64,000 bases of DNA from Candidatus Gastranaerophilales bacterium (GCA_944323535.1 CALUSW010000001.1:7300-71299); one strand, 5' to 3'. Shown: positions 7,202 to 16,587, counted from the stretch's first letter. Numbers and translations: made by a program. Notes: a model not told the origin generated them from the sequence alone.

Positions 7202-8428
7202 ATGATTATTCCGAGTATTGATTTAATGGACGGAAAAGCGGTACAGCTAAAACAGGGAAAAGAAAAAGTTCTTGAAAAAGAAAATGTACTCGAGCTTGCA
7301 AAATATTATTCCCGTTTCGGAGAGATAAGCGTTATTGATTTAGATGCGGCAATGAATAAGGGAAATAATGAAGCTTTAATAAAAGAGATATGTAAGATTG
7401 CCCATTGCAGAGTCGGCGGCGGAATAAGAGATATTGATAAAGCCAGAAGAATACTTGCGAACGGAGCAAAACAAATCATTATAGGTACTGCCGCTAATGA
7501 GGAATTTTTATCAAAGCTGCCTAAAGAAAGAGTAATAGTAGCAATCGATTCAAAGCAGGGTAAAATAACCGTTGAAGGCTGGACGACTCAGGTTAACGCT
7601 TCGCCGGAAGAATATGTTAAGCGTTTTGATAATTTTTGCGCGGGATATCTGTATACCATAGTTGATAAAGAAGGCATGATGCAGGGGACGGATATTGAAG
7701 CGATAAAAAAAATACGTGCATTAACCAATAAAACTTTGATTGCTGCAGGCGGTATTTCTTCTGTTGATGAAATTAAAACACTTGTTAAAATGAACGTATC
7801 AACCCAGCTCGGTATGTGTATTTATACAGGTGCCGTTAAACTTGAAGATGCGTATACAGCCGTTTTGGATTTTGATAAACAGAACGGATTAATACCTACA
7901 ATCGTTCAGGATGTTGATACAAAACAGGTTTTAATGCTGGCATATTCAAATAAAGAGTCTTTAAAAAAATCTCTTACTGACGGACTTGCAACATATTGGA
8001 GCCGTTCAAGAAAAGAATTATGGACAAAGGGTCTGACATCAGGAAATACGCAGGAATTAATCAGTTCTAAATTTGACTGCGATCAGGATACTTTATTGTT
8101 TAAGGTTAAGCAAAAAGGTAATGCCTGCCATACCGGAAGATATTCCTGCTTTGAAGATAAGGATTTTTGTATAAATGAGCTTTATAATCTTTTATTGGAC
8201 AGAAAAGCCAAAATGCCTGAGAATTCCTATACTACAAAATTGTTTAAAGATGAATTTAAGCTGCAGCGAAAAATAATGGAAGAAGCTTTCGAATCGGTTA
8301 ATTTTGAAAAAGGAGACGGGCTTGAATGGGAAGCAAGCGATTTAACATATCATATGCTTACATTTATGGTATTGCATAATGTCACACCGCAGGATATTCT
8401 GAATAATCTGGCTTCACGCACAAAATAG
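7202..8428 (+). CDS. Tri-domain histidine biosynthesis fusion: HisA-like isomerase + HisI cyclohydrolase + HisE pyrophosphatase
   Basis: aa 1-222 are HisA-like (MIIPSIDLMDGKAVQLKQG, VGGGIRD, AAGGISS). aa 226-318 are HisI (FDCDQDTLLFKVKQKGNACHTGRYSCF). aa 323-408 are HisE-like (LYNLLLDRK...KIMEEAFE...EASDLTYHMLTFM). Confidence 0.85.
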   Translation: MIIPSIDLMDGKAVQLKQGKEKVLEKENVLELAKYYSRFGEISVIDLDAAMNKGNNEALIKEICKIAHCRVGGGIRDIDKARRILANGAKQIIIGTAANEEFLSKLPKERVIVAIDSKQGKITVEGWTTQVNASPEEYVKRFDNFCAGYLYTIVDKEGMMQGTDIEAIKKIRALTNKTLIAAGGISSVDEIKTLVKMNVSTQLGMCIYTGAVKLEDAYTAVLDFDKQNGLIPTIVQDVDTKQVLMLAYSNKESLKKSLTDGLATYWSRSRKELWTKGLTSGNTQELISSKFDCDQDTLLFKVKQKGNACHTGRYSCFEDKDFCINELYNLLLDRKAKMPENSYTTKLFKDEFKLQRKIMEEAFESVNFEKGDGLEWEASDLTYHMLTFMVLHNVTPQDILNNLASRTK

Positions 8429-8436
8429 GTAAAATT

Positions 8437-9681
8437 ATGAAAATATGTAACTACAATGAGATTACGGAAGAATTTTTTTCAAAAATTGAATTTGAAAATA
8501 TAGATTCCGTTAAAGCAATTATAAAAGATGTGAGAGAAAATAAAGACAGTGCAATTAAAAAATATTGCAGAGAATTTGACGGAGAAATAATAGACAAATT
8601 TAAGCTGACACGCGAAGAAATTGAACATGCAATAAATTCAACGGATTCCAAAACAATTGATGCGATAAAATTTGCAATAAAGAATGTTGAAGATTTTGCT
8701 AAAGCACAGTTAAACAGCATAAAAGAACTTGAAGTTAACATAAACGGAAATATTCTCGGTCATAAGATTATTCCGCTGGATTCTGTCGGCTGCTATATTC
8801 CGGGCGGAAATTATCCGTTGCCTTCAAGTGCTGTAATGACAATTGTACCTGCAAAGGTAGCAGGGGTTAAAAGAATTTCAGCGGCTTCTCCTAAAATAAA
8901 ACCGGTAACTATTGCAGCCGCTGCCTTAGCCGGAGCTGATGAGATATACAGAATCGGGGGCGTTCAGGCAATAGCCGCTTTTGCATACGGGACCGAAACA
9001 GTTAAAAAAACAGATAAAATAGTCGGACCCGGTAATAAATTTGTAACTTCCGCAAAAAAACAAGTATTCGGGGAATGCGGAATAGATTTTCTGGCAGGAC
9101 CGTCAGAAGTACTTATAATAGCCGATGATAATGCCAATCCGGATTTTGTGGCAGCCGATATGCTTGCGCAATGTGAACACGATAAAGAGGCAAGAGCATT
9201 TCTTCTTTGTTATTCAAAAACATTTGCTCAAACGGTAAAAGAAAAGGCTATTAAATATCTGGAAACTTTAAAAACAAAAGAAATAGCAAAAGTATCTTTT
9301 GAAAAATCTTTTGCGGTAATTGTAAATTCTTTTGATGAAGCTGTTGAATTATCGAATAAAAAAGCTCCCGAACATCTTGAACTTTGTTTGGAAAATGCCG
9401 CTCAATATATTGACAGATTTAAAAACTACGGCTCGCTTTTTATAGGCAGTTATTCGGCAGAAGTATTCGGAGATTACGTTTCAGGTACTAATCATACGCT
9501 TCCGACAAATCAGGTATCAAGATATTCAGGCGGGTTAAGTGTTTTTGACTTTATAAAAATACAGACATATCAAATAATAAACAAGAACTCGATACAAGAA
9601 ACGGCAAAAAATGCTTCGATTCTTGCAGAGGAGGAAGGTTTATTTGCACATAAACTCGCTGCCGATATACGGGTAATGTAA
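8437..9681 (+). CDS. hisD: Histidinol dehydrogenase
   Basis: YIPGGNYPLPSS, QCEHD, APEHLEL, GDYVSGTNHTLPT. Confidence 0.95.
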   Translation: MKICNYNEITEEFFSKIEFENIDSVKAIIKDVRENKDSAIKKYCREFDGEIIDKFKLTREEIEHAINSTDSKTIDAIKFAIKNVEDFAKAQLNSIKELEVNINGNILGHKIIPLDSVGCYIPGGNYPLPSSAVMTIVPAKVAGVKRISAASPKIKPVTIAAAALAGADEIYRIGGVQAIAAFAYGTETVKKTDKIVGPGNKFVTSAKKQVFGECGIDFLAGPSEVLIIADDNANPDFVAADMLAQCEHDKEARAFLLCYSKTFAQTVKEKAIKYLETLKTKEIAKVSFEKSFAVIVNSFDEAVELSNKKAPEHLELCLENAAQYIDRFKNYGSLFIGSYSAEVFGDYVSGTNHTLPTNQVSRYSGGLSVFDFIKIQTYQIINKNSIQETAKNASILAEEEGLFAHKLAADIRVM

Positions 9682-9719
9682 TATTGAAGTCTGCTTTCAG
9701 ATAACTAATATAAAATAAT

Positions 9720-9893
9720 CTGGTATCGCAACTTACTGCCGGCTATCTTGTGATTTTGCGATAAATGGTGTTTCATGCGGGTGTCTTCCACCCGCCCTCC
9801 ATCCTCTGTAAAAATTCAGCTTATTGTCTCTATCAAGTTCTTATCAGCTTGGCTGTTCGCAATCCGCTTATTGTGAATTTTTTTCTCGGACAT
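9720..9893. repeat. Composite intergenic element: two inverted-orientation copies of the AAAATTTCACGATAAGCCGG-like motif flanking a GC-rich hairpin
   Basis: 9738-9758 and 9864-9893 both resemble the motif at 41381-41400 and 62042-62061 when reverse-complemented. 9754-9766 (TTTTGCGATAAAT) is identical to 62019-62031. 9720-9729 (CTGGTATCGC) is identical to 29629-29638. The hairpin GCGGGTG/CACCCGC lies at 9777-9795. Confidence 0.5.
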
Positions 9894-10130
9894 ACTTTTT
9901 TAATAATTTCTACTGTTTCTAGAATATAATTAATTAGTGTACAAATTGATTTTGTAAATCTTTATTTAGATTAAATCTTCTTTTTAAGATTTTAAATGCG
10001 ATTTGTGTTAAATTTGTAATGTAAAAAAGAGATTAAAAAAAATACTTTGGCGTTTAAATTTTTATATTTCGCAAGGTGTGGTTAATCCCTAATCAGTTTA
10101 TCGATTTAGAGTCAAGGAGATTATTAAATT

Positions 10131-10718
10131 ATGAGCGAATACTTGAGCAAAGAAGAAATTCGTAAATGGAGAAGCTCATTGGAACGCATAACACTTGAAG
10201 AATATGCGCACAGGTTAGGAAAAATTCTTCAGGATGAAAAGCCTGATGACAGTTTGGTTGATTCAGTTATGATAAGATCATTAAACTCAATGTCAGTTGA
10301 AAAATACACACCTAAAGCAGAAAAAATTCAAACATTGGCTATTAAATCTTTTAATAAAGAAAAAGAAATAAAAAAAGAAGAAAAACCGGCGGTAAAAGTA
10401 AAAGAAACACAGAAAAAATCTCCGGTTAATATAGAAACAAAAAAGAAAGAACAACAAAAATCAAACGAAAAAGAAGTTAAAAAGCCAACTAATGAAAATG
10501 TCAATTTTGCTTTTAAAAAATCTTTAACAGCCAGAGAACAGCTTGTTTTTGATCATTTTCTTGCGAATAAAAATACAATTGTTTATGCAAAAGATTTGGC
10601 AAAAATACTGGAATTGCCAAGGGATTATGTGTATAAATATATTAAAAACCTGAGAAGTAAATTAACGGAAGATATTCTTCAAAATGCCGATAACGGCGGG
10701 TATTTGCTGAAAGTATGA
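10131..10718 (+). CDS. Receiver-less protein with a C-terminal OmpR/PhoB-type winged-helix domain and a Lys-rich linker
   Basis: C-terminus LTAREQLVFDHFLANKNTIVYAKDLAKIL...VYKYIKNLRSKL...GGYLL matches the trans_reg_C pattern (LTxxExxLL...V...I..LRxKL...GxGY). The middle is a KE-rich low-complexity stretch. AAGGAG RBS. Confidence 0.55.
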   Translation: MSEYLSKEEIRKWRSSLERITLEEYAHRLGKILQDEKPDDSLVDSVMIRSLNSMSVEKYTPKAEKIQTLAIKSFNKEKEIKKEEKPAVKVKETQKKSPVNIETKKKEQQKSNEKEVKKPTNENVNFAFKKSLTAREQLVFDHFLANKNTIVYAKDLAKILELPRDYVYKYIKNLRSKLTEDILQNADNGGYLLKV

Positions 10719-10724
10719 TGCGAT

Positions 10725-11858
10725 ATGGAAAATAAAAAACCAATAACGGTGGCATTCCCTCACATGGGAAATGTTTATATAGCCTGGTCTGCAGCATTGA
10801 AAAAACTTGGTGTGGAACCTTTTATTCCTCCGTATACAAGTAAAAAGACTCTTGAAAAAGGCACAAAATACAGTCCAGATTCAATTTGTCTTCCGTATAA
10901 ATTAATATTAGGCAATTTTTTACAGGCTCTGGAAAAAGATGTTGATTATGTTGCTATGATTTCCTCTCCCGGAATATGCCGTCTTGGTGAATACGGGCAG
11001 AGTATAAAAAATGTTCTTAAAGATATGGGATATGAATCAAGATATGCAGAAATGCAGCTTTATGACGGTTTCAAAGGTATGTATAAATTTCTCAGAACCA
11101 TATCTGATGTAAAAAATCCTATAACAATTATAAAAGCAATAAATATTGCTGTAAGAAAAGTATTTGTTCTGGATAGATTGGAAACACTATATTCCTATTA
11201 TCGTGCAAGAGAAATAACAATCGGAACTGCGGAAAAACATTATAATAAAGCTTTATCTTTTATAATTGATGCCGATAATACAAAAGAGCTAAAAAAAGCA
11301 GAGAAAGACGCTGTTGAAGAAATTAAGAAAACAGAAATTGATGTAAATCGTGAAGTCGTTACTGTTGATATTACCGGCGAAATTTTTCTTGTGCTTGATA
11401 TGTTTGCAAATCAAAATATAGAAAAAGAATTAGGCAGAATGGGTGTTCAAACCAGAAGAAGTTTAACAGTATCAAGTTTTCTTAAAGATGCAATTATTCC
11501 TAAATGGTTTAAAAAAGGGGAAACTCATCTGGAACGTGCATTTAGAATGGCAAAACCATATTTAATGCGTGATATCGGAGGAGATGCTCTTGAATCCGTC
11601 AGTGACGTGGCATATGCTAACGAAAGGGGAGTAGACGGTATTATCCATATCAGCCCGTTTACCTGTATGCCTGAAATTATGTCACAGAATATATTCCCTA
11701 CAATGCGTGAAAACTGTGAAATTCCTATTTTGACACTAATTATGGATGAACAAACAGGACGGGCCGGTTACATTACAAGACTTGAAGCTTTTGTTGATTT
11801 AATGAAACGACGTAAATTCTATAAGCAAAATAAATCTCTCGCAAAATGTAATTCATAA
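10725..11858 (+). CDS. Stand-alone acyl-CoA dehydratase activase-related protein (DUF2229-like)
   Basis: N-terminal pattern ITVAFPHMGNVY...LKKLGVEPFIPP...TLEKGTKYSPDSICLPYKL...DVDYV resembles the DUF2229 module usually fused to BcrAD/BadFG ATPases. No ATPase domain is present. Confidence 0.5.
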   Translation: MENKKPITVAFPHMGNVYIAWSAALKKLGVEPFIPPYTSKKTLEKGTKYSPDSICLPYKLILGNFLQALEKDVDYVAMISSPGICRLGEYGQSIKNVLKDMGYESRYAEMQLYDGFKGMYKFLRTISDVKNPITIIKAINIAVRKVFVLDRLETLYSYYRAREITIGTAEKHYNKALSFIIDADNTKELKKAEKDAVEEIKKTEIDVNREVVTVDITGEIFLVLDMFANQNIEKELGRMGVQTRRSLTVSSFLKDAIIPKWFKKGETHLERAFRMAKPYLMRDIGGDALESVSDVAYANERGVDGIIHISPFTCMPEIMSQNIFPTMRENCEIPILTLIMDEQTGRAGYITRLEAFVDLMKRRKFYKQNKSLAKCNS

Positions 11859-11886
11859 TAAGATATTTATGGTTGGTATATTATTT

Positions 11887-12945
11887 CTATTGCCCTATAT
11901 CTTTTCTGTAGTATAAGTTTTTTGTTTTGATAGTATCCAGATATTTGTAGATTTTACTGAAAGGATTTGTATTATCCGTACAAAGAACAGATAATATTCT
12001 TTTATTTGTGTAAATCATATTATTATCAGAAGGAATATTAAGGTTTATTTTAATTTCATTATCTATGGGATTTATTTGTTTTTCTAATATAACTTTTCTT
12101 TTTCTGTATATTTGCCTGGAATATTCTTTATGAACCAGTGCAACACATCCTGTTATGCCTTCTTTGTATGTAATTACAGAATTTTGAAGGCTGCCGGTTG
12201 CACAATTATACAACAATTCCAACAAATCGGAACTTATATGTTCAATTGTTGTTTCAAATTCGGTAATTCCAGGGCGCATATTTATTTCAAGAGTGTATAT
12301 ATTTTCTTCAGCAAATAATAAATTAACCGTAAAAATACCTGTAAATTCAGGTTTGATTTTTTGGAAAATTTCCGCAAGATTTTTATTATATTCATCCAGA
12401 AGCTTTTGTTCTTCTCCCGTCAGGTTAATAGGGGTGTAACTTCCTAAACCTCCGGTATTTACCCCCTTATTATTTTCTTTCTCGCGTTTATAGTCTTTTA
12501 CGGGTAAGAACGGAATTAAAGTTTTTTCATCCCACATATATTGCTGTGAAAGTTCTTTTCCTTTCACAAATTTTTCTATAATAAAGGGATTATCATTTTT
12601 ATATTTTTTCGATAAAACTTTTATTTTTTTTACGGCCTTTTTGCATTCTGTTGTATTCTGACATATATACGAACCGAACCCGGCACGAAGATTATTGTCT
12701 TTTATTACTACGGGCAGACCGAAAGAACTTATAATTTTATCTGTTTCTTTTATATTTGTAATTATTTCATATTCCGGAGTCTTTATTCCGTTTTCTATCA
12801 TGAAAGTTTTACCTTCAATTTTAGATGATTCAAGTTTAAACCATTTTCGTGTTGTTCCTATTATCGGAATTTTTATAACTTCTCTATAATAGTCAACTAA
12901 ACCTTTCGCTGAATATACTTCATTAAATACTATTACAAAATCCAT
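11887..12945 (-). CDS. Phosphoribosylamine-glycine ligase (PurD)-like ATP-grasp protein, divergent, N-domain not in frame
   Basis: Collinear with PurD: KLESSKIEGKTF, GLPVVIKDNNLRAGFG, VNTGGLGSYTP (cf. NTGGMGAYSP), SDLLELL, C-terminal YYRKDIG (cf. CRKDIG). The conserved RFGDPE is RPGITE here. Confidence 0.7.
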   Translation of the reverse strand: MDFVIVFNEVYSAKGLVDYYREVIKIPIIGTTRKWFKLESSKIEGKTFMIENGIKTPEYEIITNIKETDKIISSFGLPVVIKDNNLRAGFGSYICQNTTECKKAVKKIKVLSKKYKNDNPFIIEKFVKGKELSQQYMWDEKTLIPFLPVKDYKREKENNKGVNTGGLGSYTPINLTGEEQKLLDEYNKNLAEIFQKIKPEFTGIFTVNLLFAEENIYTLEINMRPGITEFETTIEHISSDLLELLYNCATGSLQNSVITYKEGITGCVALVHKEYSRQIYRKRKVILEKQINPIDNEIKINLNIPSDNNMIYTNKRILSVLCTDNTNPFSKIYKYLDTIKTKNLYYRKDIGQ

Positions 12946-13157
12946 GTTATATTTTTTTATAACTTCTTTAAGTTGTCCAAAAGTTATATTTTTGGATTTC
13001 CCAATATATGTGCAGTCTATATTATATACTTGATAATTGGAAATTATATATATATTACTTGTAATTTTTGATTCTTTAATTTTTCTTATAATGCCTAGTT
13101 TACGGAACCTAAATCGTGAATTAGTATATTTATTGTTCTTTTATTATTTTCTTTCAT
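12946..13157 (-). other. Upstream remnant of the PurD-like N-domain, split by an apparent 1-nt frameshift
   Basis: ATG at 13157 gives MKENNKRTINILIHDLGSVN then a stop. The main ORF frame is open from 13140 (..RKLGIIRKIKESKITSNIYIISN..). Joining the frames near 13104 gives ILIHDLGS|RKLGIIRKI, which parallels PurD VLVIGGGGREHALAWKL. Confidence 0.45.
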
Positions 13158-13220
13158 ATTAAAAACTCTTCTGGTAAAGTGTGTTATGTTAGTATTTATA
13201 ATAATGAGTTTATATTGTTT

Positions 13221-14132
13221 TTAAGTTGTATTATCAGTATTAACCGGTAATTTAATTTTAGAACCCAATTCTAAATCAATATTATAATTAAGAAACGGAA
13301 TCATTGCACTGCAAGGAGTAAAAGTTATTTCGACAACATGTATATCATTGCCGTCAATAACAAAATCAACTCTTGCAAAAGAAAATCCTTGAGATAATAT
13401 TTTGCTGTATTCCAGCATTTCTTCAAATCTTTCGGGGCATAAAATTGGTTCTTCATTAAAATTACTTGTTAATGTAAAATTTTGTAATTTCCAATTTGTA
13501 TCAAAAATTGGGAAATAAAGATTATCATTATATATTTTTCTTATTTCGCAATAAACGGGAACAGAATTAAAACAATATATTTGAAATTCATTACAGCGAA
13601 TTTTATCTTTTGTTTCTCTTAATTGTTCAACAAATAATTTTCTTTTTATATTACGATACTGCGGTTCAAGACTGAAATCTTCATAATTAGTATTAAGCCA
13701 TTTTCTGGTAATTTGCACTAATTGTTTATAATTTTTATAAATAAAACTTTTATTTTGTACAAATATATTCATTCTCCAGCCATGGTTTGCCTTAATTGCA
13801 ATTTTTTCAGGAAGTACAGAAAAGTCAATTTCTTCAAAATTATCATAAATACCATATAACTCGGCAGAATGATTTTTCCCTATTTTAGAGGCAATATATC
13901 CTTTAACAAGTATTTTATCGGTTAATTTTGTTTTAAGTTCAAATTTTTCGTTATATATAAGCCATCTTATTTTCTCATTTAAAGTTTTAGGATCTTCATA
14001 ATTATATTCGTATCCCAGAAAATCGAAGGCTCTTTTTTTTAGATAATAATTTCTGTATATTGCAGGACAATATTTAAAAAACGGATAATAACCGCGTGTT
14101 TTTTTGTATAATTTATCAAGCAAAAATTTCAT
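13221..14132 (-). CDS. TupA-like ATP-grasp amidoligase family protein
   Basis: Typical family N-terminus (..YYLKKRAFDFLGYEYNYEDPKTLNEKIRWL..DKILVKGYI..) and core (IKANHGW...FVEQL...EFQIYCFNS...ARVDF). Confidence 0.7.
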   Translation of the reverse strand: MKFLLDKLYKKTRGYYPFFKYCPAIYRNYYLKKRAFDFLGYEYNYEDPKTLNEKIRWLIYNEKFELKTKLTDKILVKGYIASKIGKNHSAELYGIYDNFEEIDFSVLPEKIAIKANHGWRMNIFVQNKSFIYKNYKQLVQITRKWLNTNYEDFSLEPQYRNIKRKLFVEQLRETKDKIRCNEFQIYCFNSVPVYCEIRKIYNDNLYFPIFDTNWKLQNFTLTSNFNEEPILCPERFEEMLEYSKILSQGFSFARVDFVIDGNDIHVVEITFTPCSAMIPFLNYNIDLELGSKIKLPVNTDNTT

Positions 14133-14265
14133 TTTGTTTATTTCTCATTGTAATTAAAACCATAACAACAGGCAAATAAATTATATCTTAACTTTTGATA
14201 ATATGCAAAAAAACATATTATTTTGTGTATAATATATCTGTTAAAGCGTTATAGAAAGGTTAATT

Positions 14266-15279
14266 ATGGAAAAAATGAATTTAGTGTCGGGAATGCGTTC
14301 GACAGGGAAATTGCATTTGGGACATTATATGGGAGTTATTACCAACTGGGTAAAACTTCAAGAGGATTATAACTGCTTCTATTTTGTGGCCGATTGGCAC
14401 GCTTTAACTACAAAATATGATAAAACCGAAACTTTGAAACAAGATAAACTTGATGTTGTATTGGATTGGCTTGCCTGCGGAATTGATCCTAATAAATCAG
14501 TAATATATTTTCAGTCTAAAGTATTACAAATAGCAGAGCTGCATATACTTTTAAGTATGATAACACCGAATAATTGGGTGGAAAGAGATCCGACTCTAAA
14601 AGATATGGTTAAAATCCTAAAAAGTAAAGAAGGGGAAAATAATGAAAATATACCTCAAATGAGCTACGGCTTGTTGGGATACCCTGTTTTAATGTCAGCC
14701 GATATTATGGCACTAAATGCGCAGGTCGTTCCGGTCGGAGTTGATCAGCTGGCACATCTTGAAATTACAAGGGATATTGCAAGAAGATTTAATAATATAT
14801 ACAAAACGGATTTGTTTAATGAGCCTAAGCCTAAATTAACGGAGGTTCCTTTATTATGCGGCGTTGACGGGCAAAAAATGGGTAAATCATTTAACAATGA
14901 TATAAAAATTTCGGATGATAATGAAACTACGGCAAAAAAAATAATGCAGTGCATTACAGATAGAAGCCGCGCAAGAAAAGATGACCCCGGTCATCCTGAT
15001 AAATGTGAAGTAGCTTTTAAATATTATCAAATTTTTGCTGATAAAACAGTTGTTGAACAAACTGCGATTGAATGTAAAGCTGGTAAAAGGGGCTGTGCAG
15101 ACTGCAAAAGACAGCTTGGCTGCATAATTAACGAAAAATTTGCTCCGGTCAGAGAAAAAAGGGAAGAATACAGAAAAGATACAGACAAAGTATATGATAT
15201 TATAAATGAAGGCAGCAAGAAAGCTTCCGTTGAAGCTGAAAAAACAATGCAGCTTGTAAGAGATGCGGTAAATATATAA
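14266..15279 (+). CDS. trpS: Tryptophan-tRNA ligase
   Basis: Class I motifs GKLHLGHYMG (HIGH) and KMGKS (KMSKS); VPVGVDQLAHLE. Confidence 0.95.
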   Translation: MEKMNLVSGMRSTGKLHLGHYMGVITNWVKLQEDYNCFYFVADWHALTTKYDKTETLKQDKLDVVLDWLACGIDPNKSVIYFQSKVLQIAELHILLSMITPNNWVERDPTLKDMVKILKSKEGENNENIPQMSYGLLGYPVLMSADIMALNAQVVPVGVDQLAHLEITRDIARRFNNIYKTDLFNEPKPKLTEVPLLCGVDGQKMGKSFNNDIKISDDNETTAKKIMQCITDRSRARKDDPGHPDKCEVAFKYYQIFADKTVVEQTAIECKAGKRGCADCKRQLGCIINEKFAPVREKREEYRKDTDKVYDIINEGSKKASVEAEKTMQLVRDAVNI

Positions 15280-16391
15280 TGAGAAAAATTAAAATATTAA
15301 CAATTTTCGGAACAAGACCTGAAGCCATTAAAATGGCTCCGCTTGTTAAAGAAATAGAAAACAATAATGATATATTTGAAAGTATTGTTTGTGTTACCGC
15401 ACAGCACAGGCAAATGCTTGATCAGGTTCTTGAATTGTTTGATATCAAACCTGATTTTGATCTTGATATTATGAAAGAAAATCAGAATTTATGGTCTTTA
15501 ACCAGTGATGTTCTTTTGAAAACAAAAAATGTAATAGATAAAGTTAAACCGGATGTTGTTCTTGTACACGGCGATACAACAACTTCCATGGCAGCAGCTC
15601 TGTCCGCATTTTATGCAAAAATTCCGATTGGACATGTAGAAGCCGGTCTCAGAACTTTTGATAAATATTATCCATTTCCTGAGGAAATAAACAGGGTTTT
15701 TACGGATTATATCTGTACTTATCATTTTGCCCCGACGGAAAAATCACGTGAAAATCTAATAAAATCCCAAATACCTTCCGATAATATATATAAGACCGGT
15801 AATACTGTTATAGATGCACTTTTGTATACAACGAAACATTATGATAAAGATATTGACGGATTAAATTTAAATCCTGAACTTAGGACAATTTTATTGACTT
15901 CCCACAGACGGGAAAACTTCGGCAAACCTATAAGAGAAATATGTGAAGCAGTGCTGGAGCTTATTGATAAGAATAAAAATATAGAATTTGTTTATCCTGT
16001 TCATCCTAACCCGAATGTAAAAGAACCCGTATATGAGTTGCTAGGAGGCAAAGAAAGAATACACCTGATAAATCCTTTAGAATATTCTCAATTTTGTTCT
16101 TTAATGAAAAAATCATATATAATTTTGACTGATTCGGGAGGGGTTCAGGAAGAAGCCCCGTCTCTCGGTAAACCTGTCCTTGTTCTTCGTGATACAACCG
16201 AAAGACCAGAAGCAGTTGAATACGGAACGGTAAAACTTATAGGGACAAATAAACAAAAAATAGTTTCTGCCGTTCAATATCTTTTAGATAATCAAGAAGA
16301 ATATAAAAAGATGTCAGAAGCCGTAAATCCTTATGGCGACGGTCTTGCCTCCAGGCGTATTGTTGATGTTTTAAAAGATATAAAAGTTTAA
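15279..16391 (+). CDS. wecB: UDP-N-acetylglucosamine 2-epimerase (non-hydrolysing)
   Basis: IFGTRPEAIKMAPL, HVEAGLRT, TDSGGVQEEAPSLGKPVLVLRDTTERPE, NPYGDG. Confidence 0.9.
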   Translation: MRKIKILTIFGTRPEAIKMAPLVKEIENNNDIFESIVCVTAQHRQMLDQVLELFDIKPDFDLDIMKENQNLWSLTSDVLLKTKNVIDKVKPDVVLVHGDTTTSMAAALSAFYAKIPIGHVEAGLRTFDKYYPFPEEINRVFTDYICTYHFAPTEKSRENLIKSQIPSDNIYKTGNTVIDALLYTTKHYDKDIDGLNLNPELRTILLTSHRRENFGKPIREICEAVLELIDKNKNIEFVYPVHPNPNVKEPVYELLGGKERIHLINPLEYSQFCSLMKKSYIILTDSGGVQEEAPSLGKPVLVLRDTTERPEAVEYGTVKLIGTNKQKIVSAVQYLLDNQEEYKKMSEAVNPYGDGLASRRIVDVLKDIKV

Positions 16392-16587
16392 ATAAATCTA
16401 ATAAATGTTTTTATAAAATACAGGAACCGAAATCCCTGCAAGTTATCTGCTGTCTAAAAAGACAGGGAATAATTCAATTATGTAAAGAAATATTAAAATA
16501 TGATAAAAAAATGGACTTTTACATTAAAGTTCATTAAAAATATGCCGATAGTATGTGTGTAACAAACAATAAGGAGGAAAATAAAAA

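Noticed and set aside
14133-14265. Possible T-box leader upstream of trpS
   Set aside because: The region is about 130 nt, AT-rich, and has no specifier hairpin, T-box sequence or terminator/antiterminator pair.
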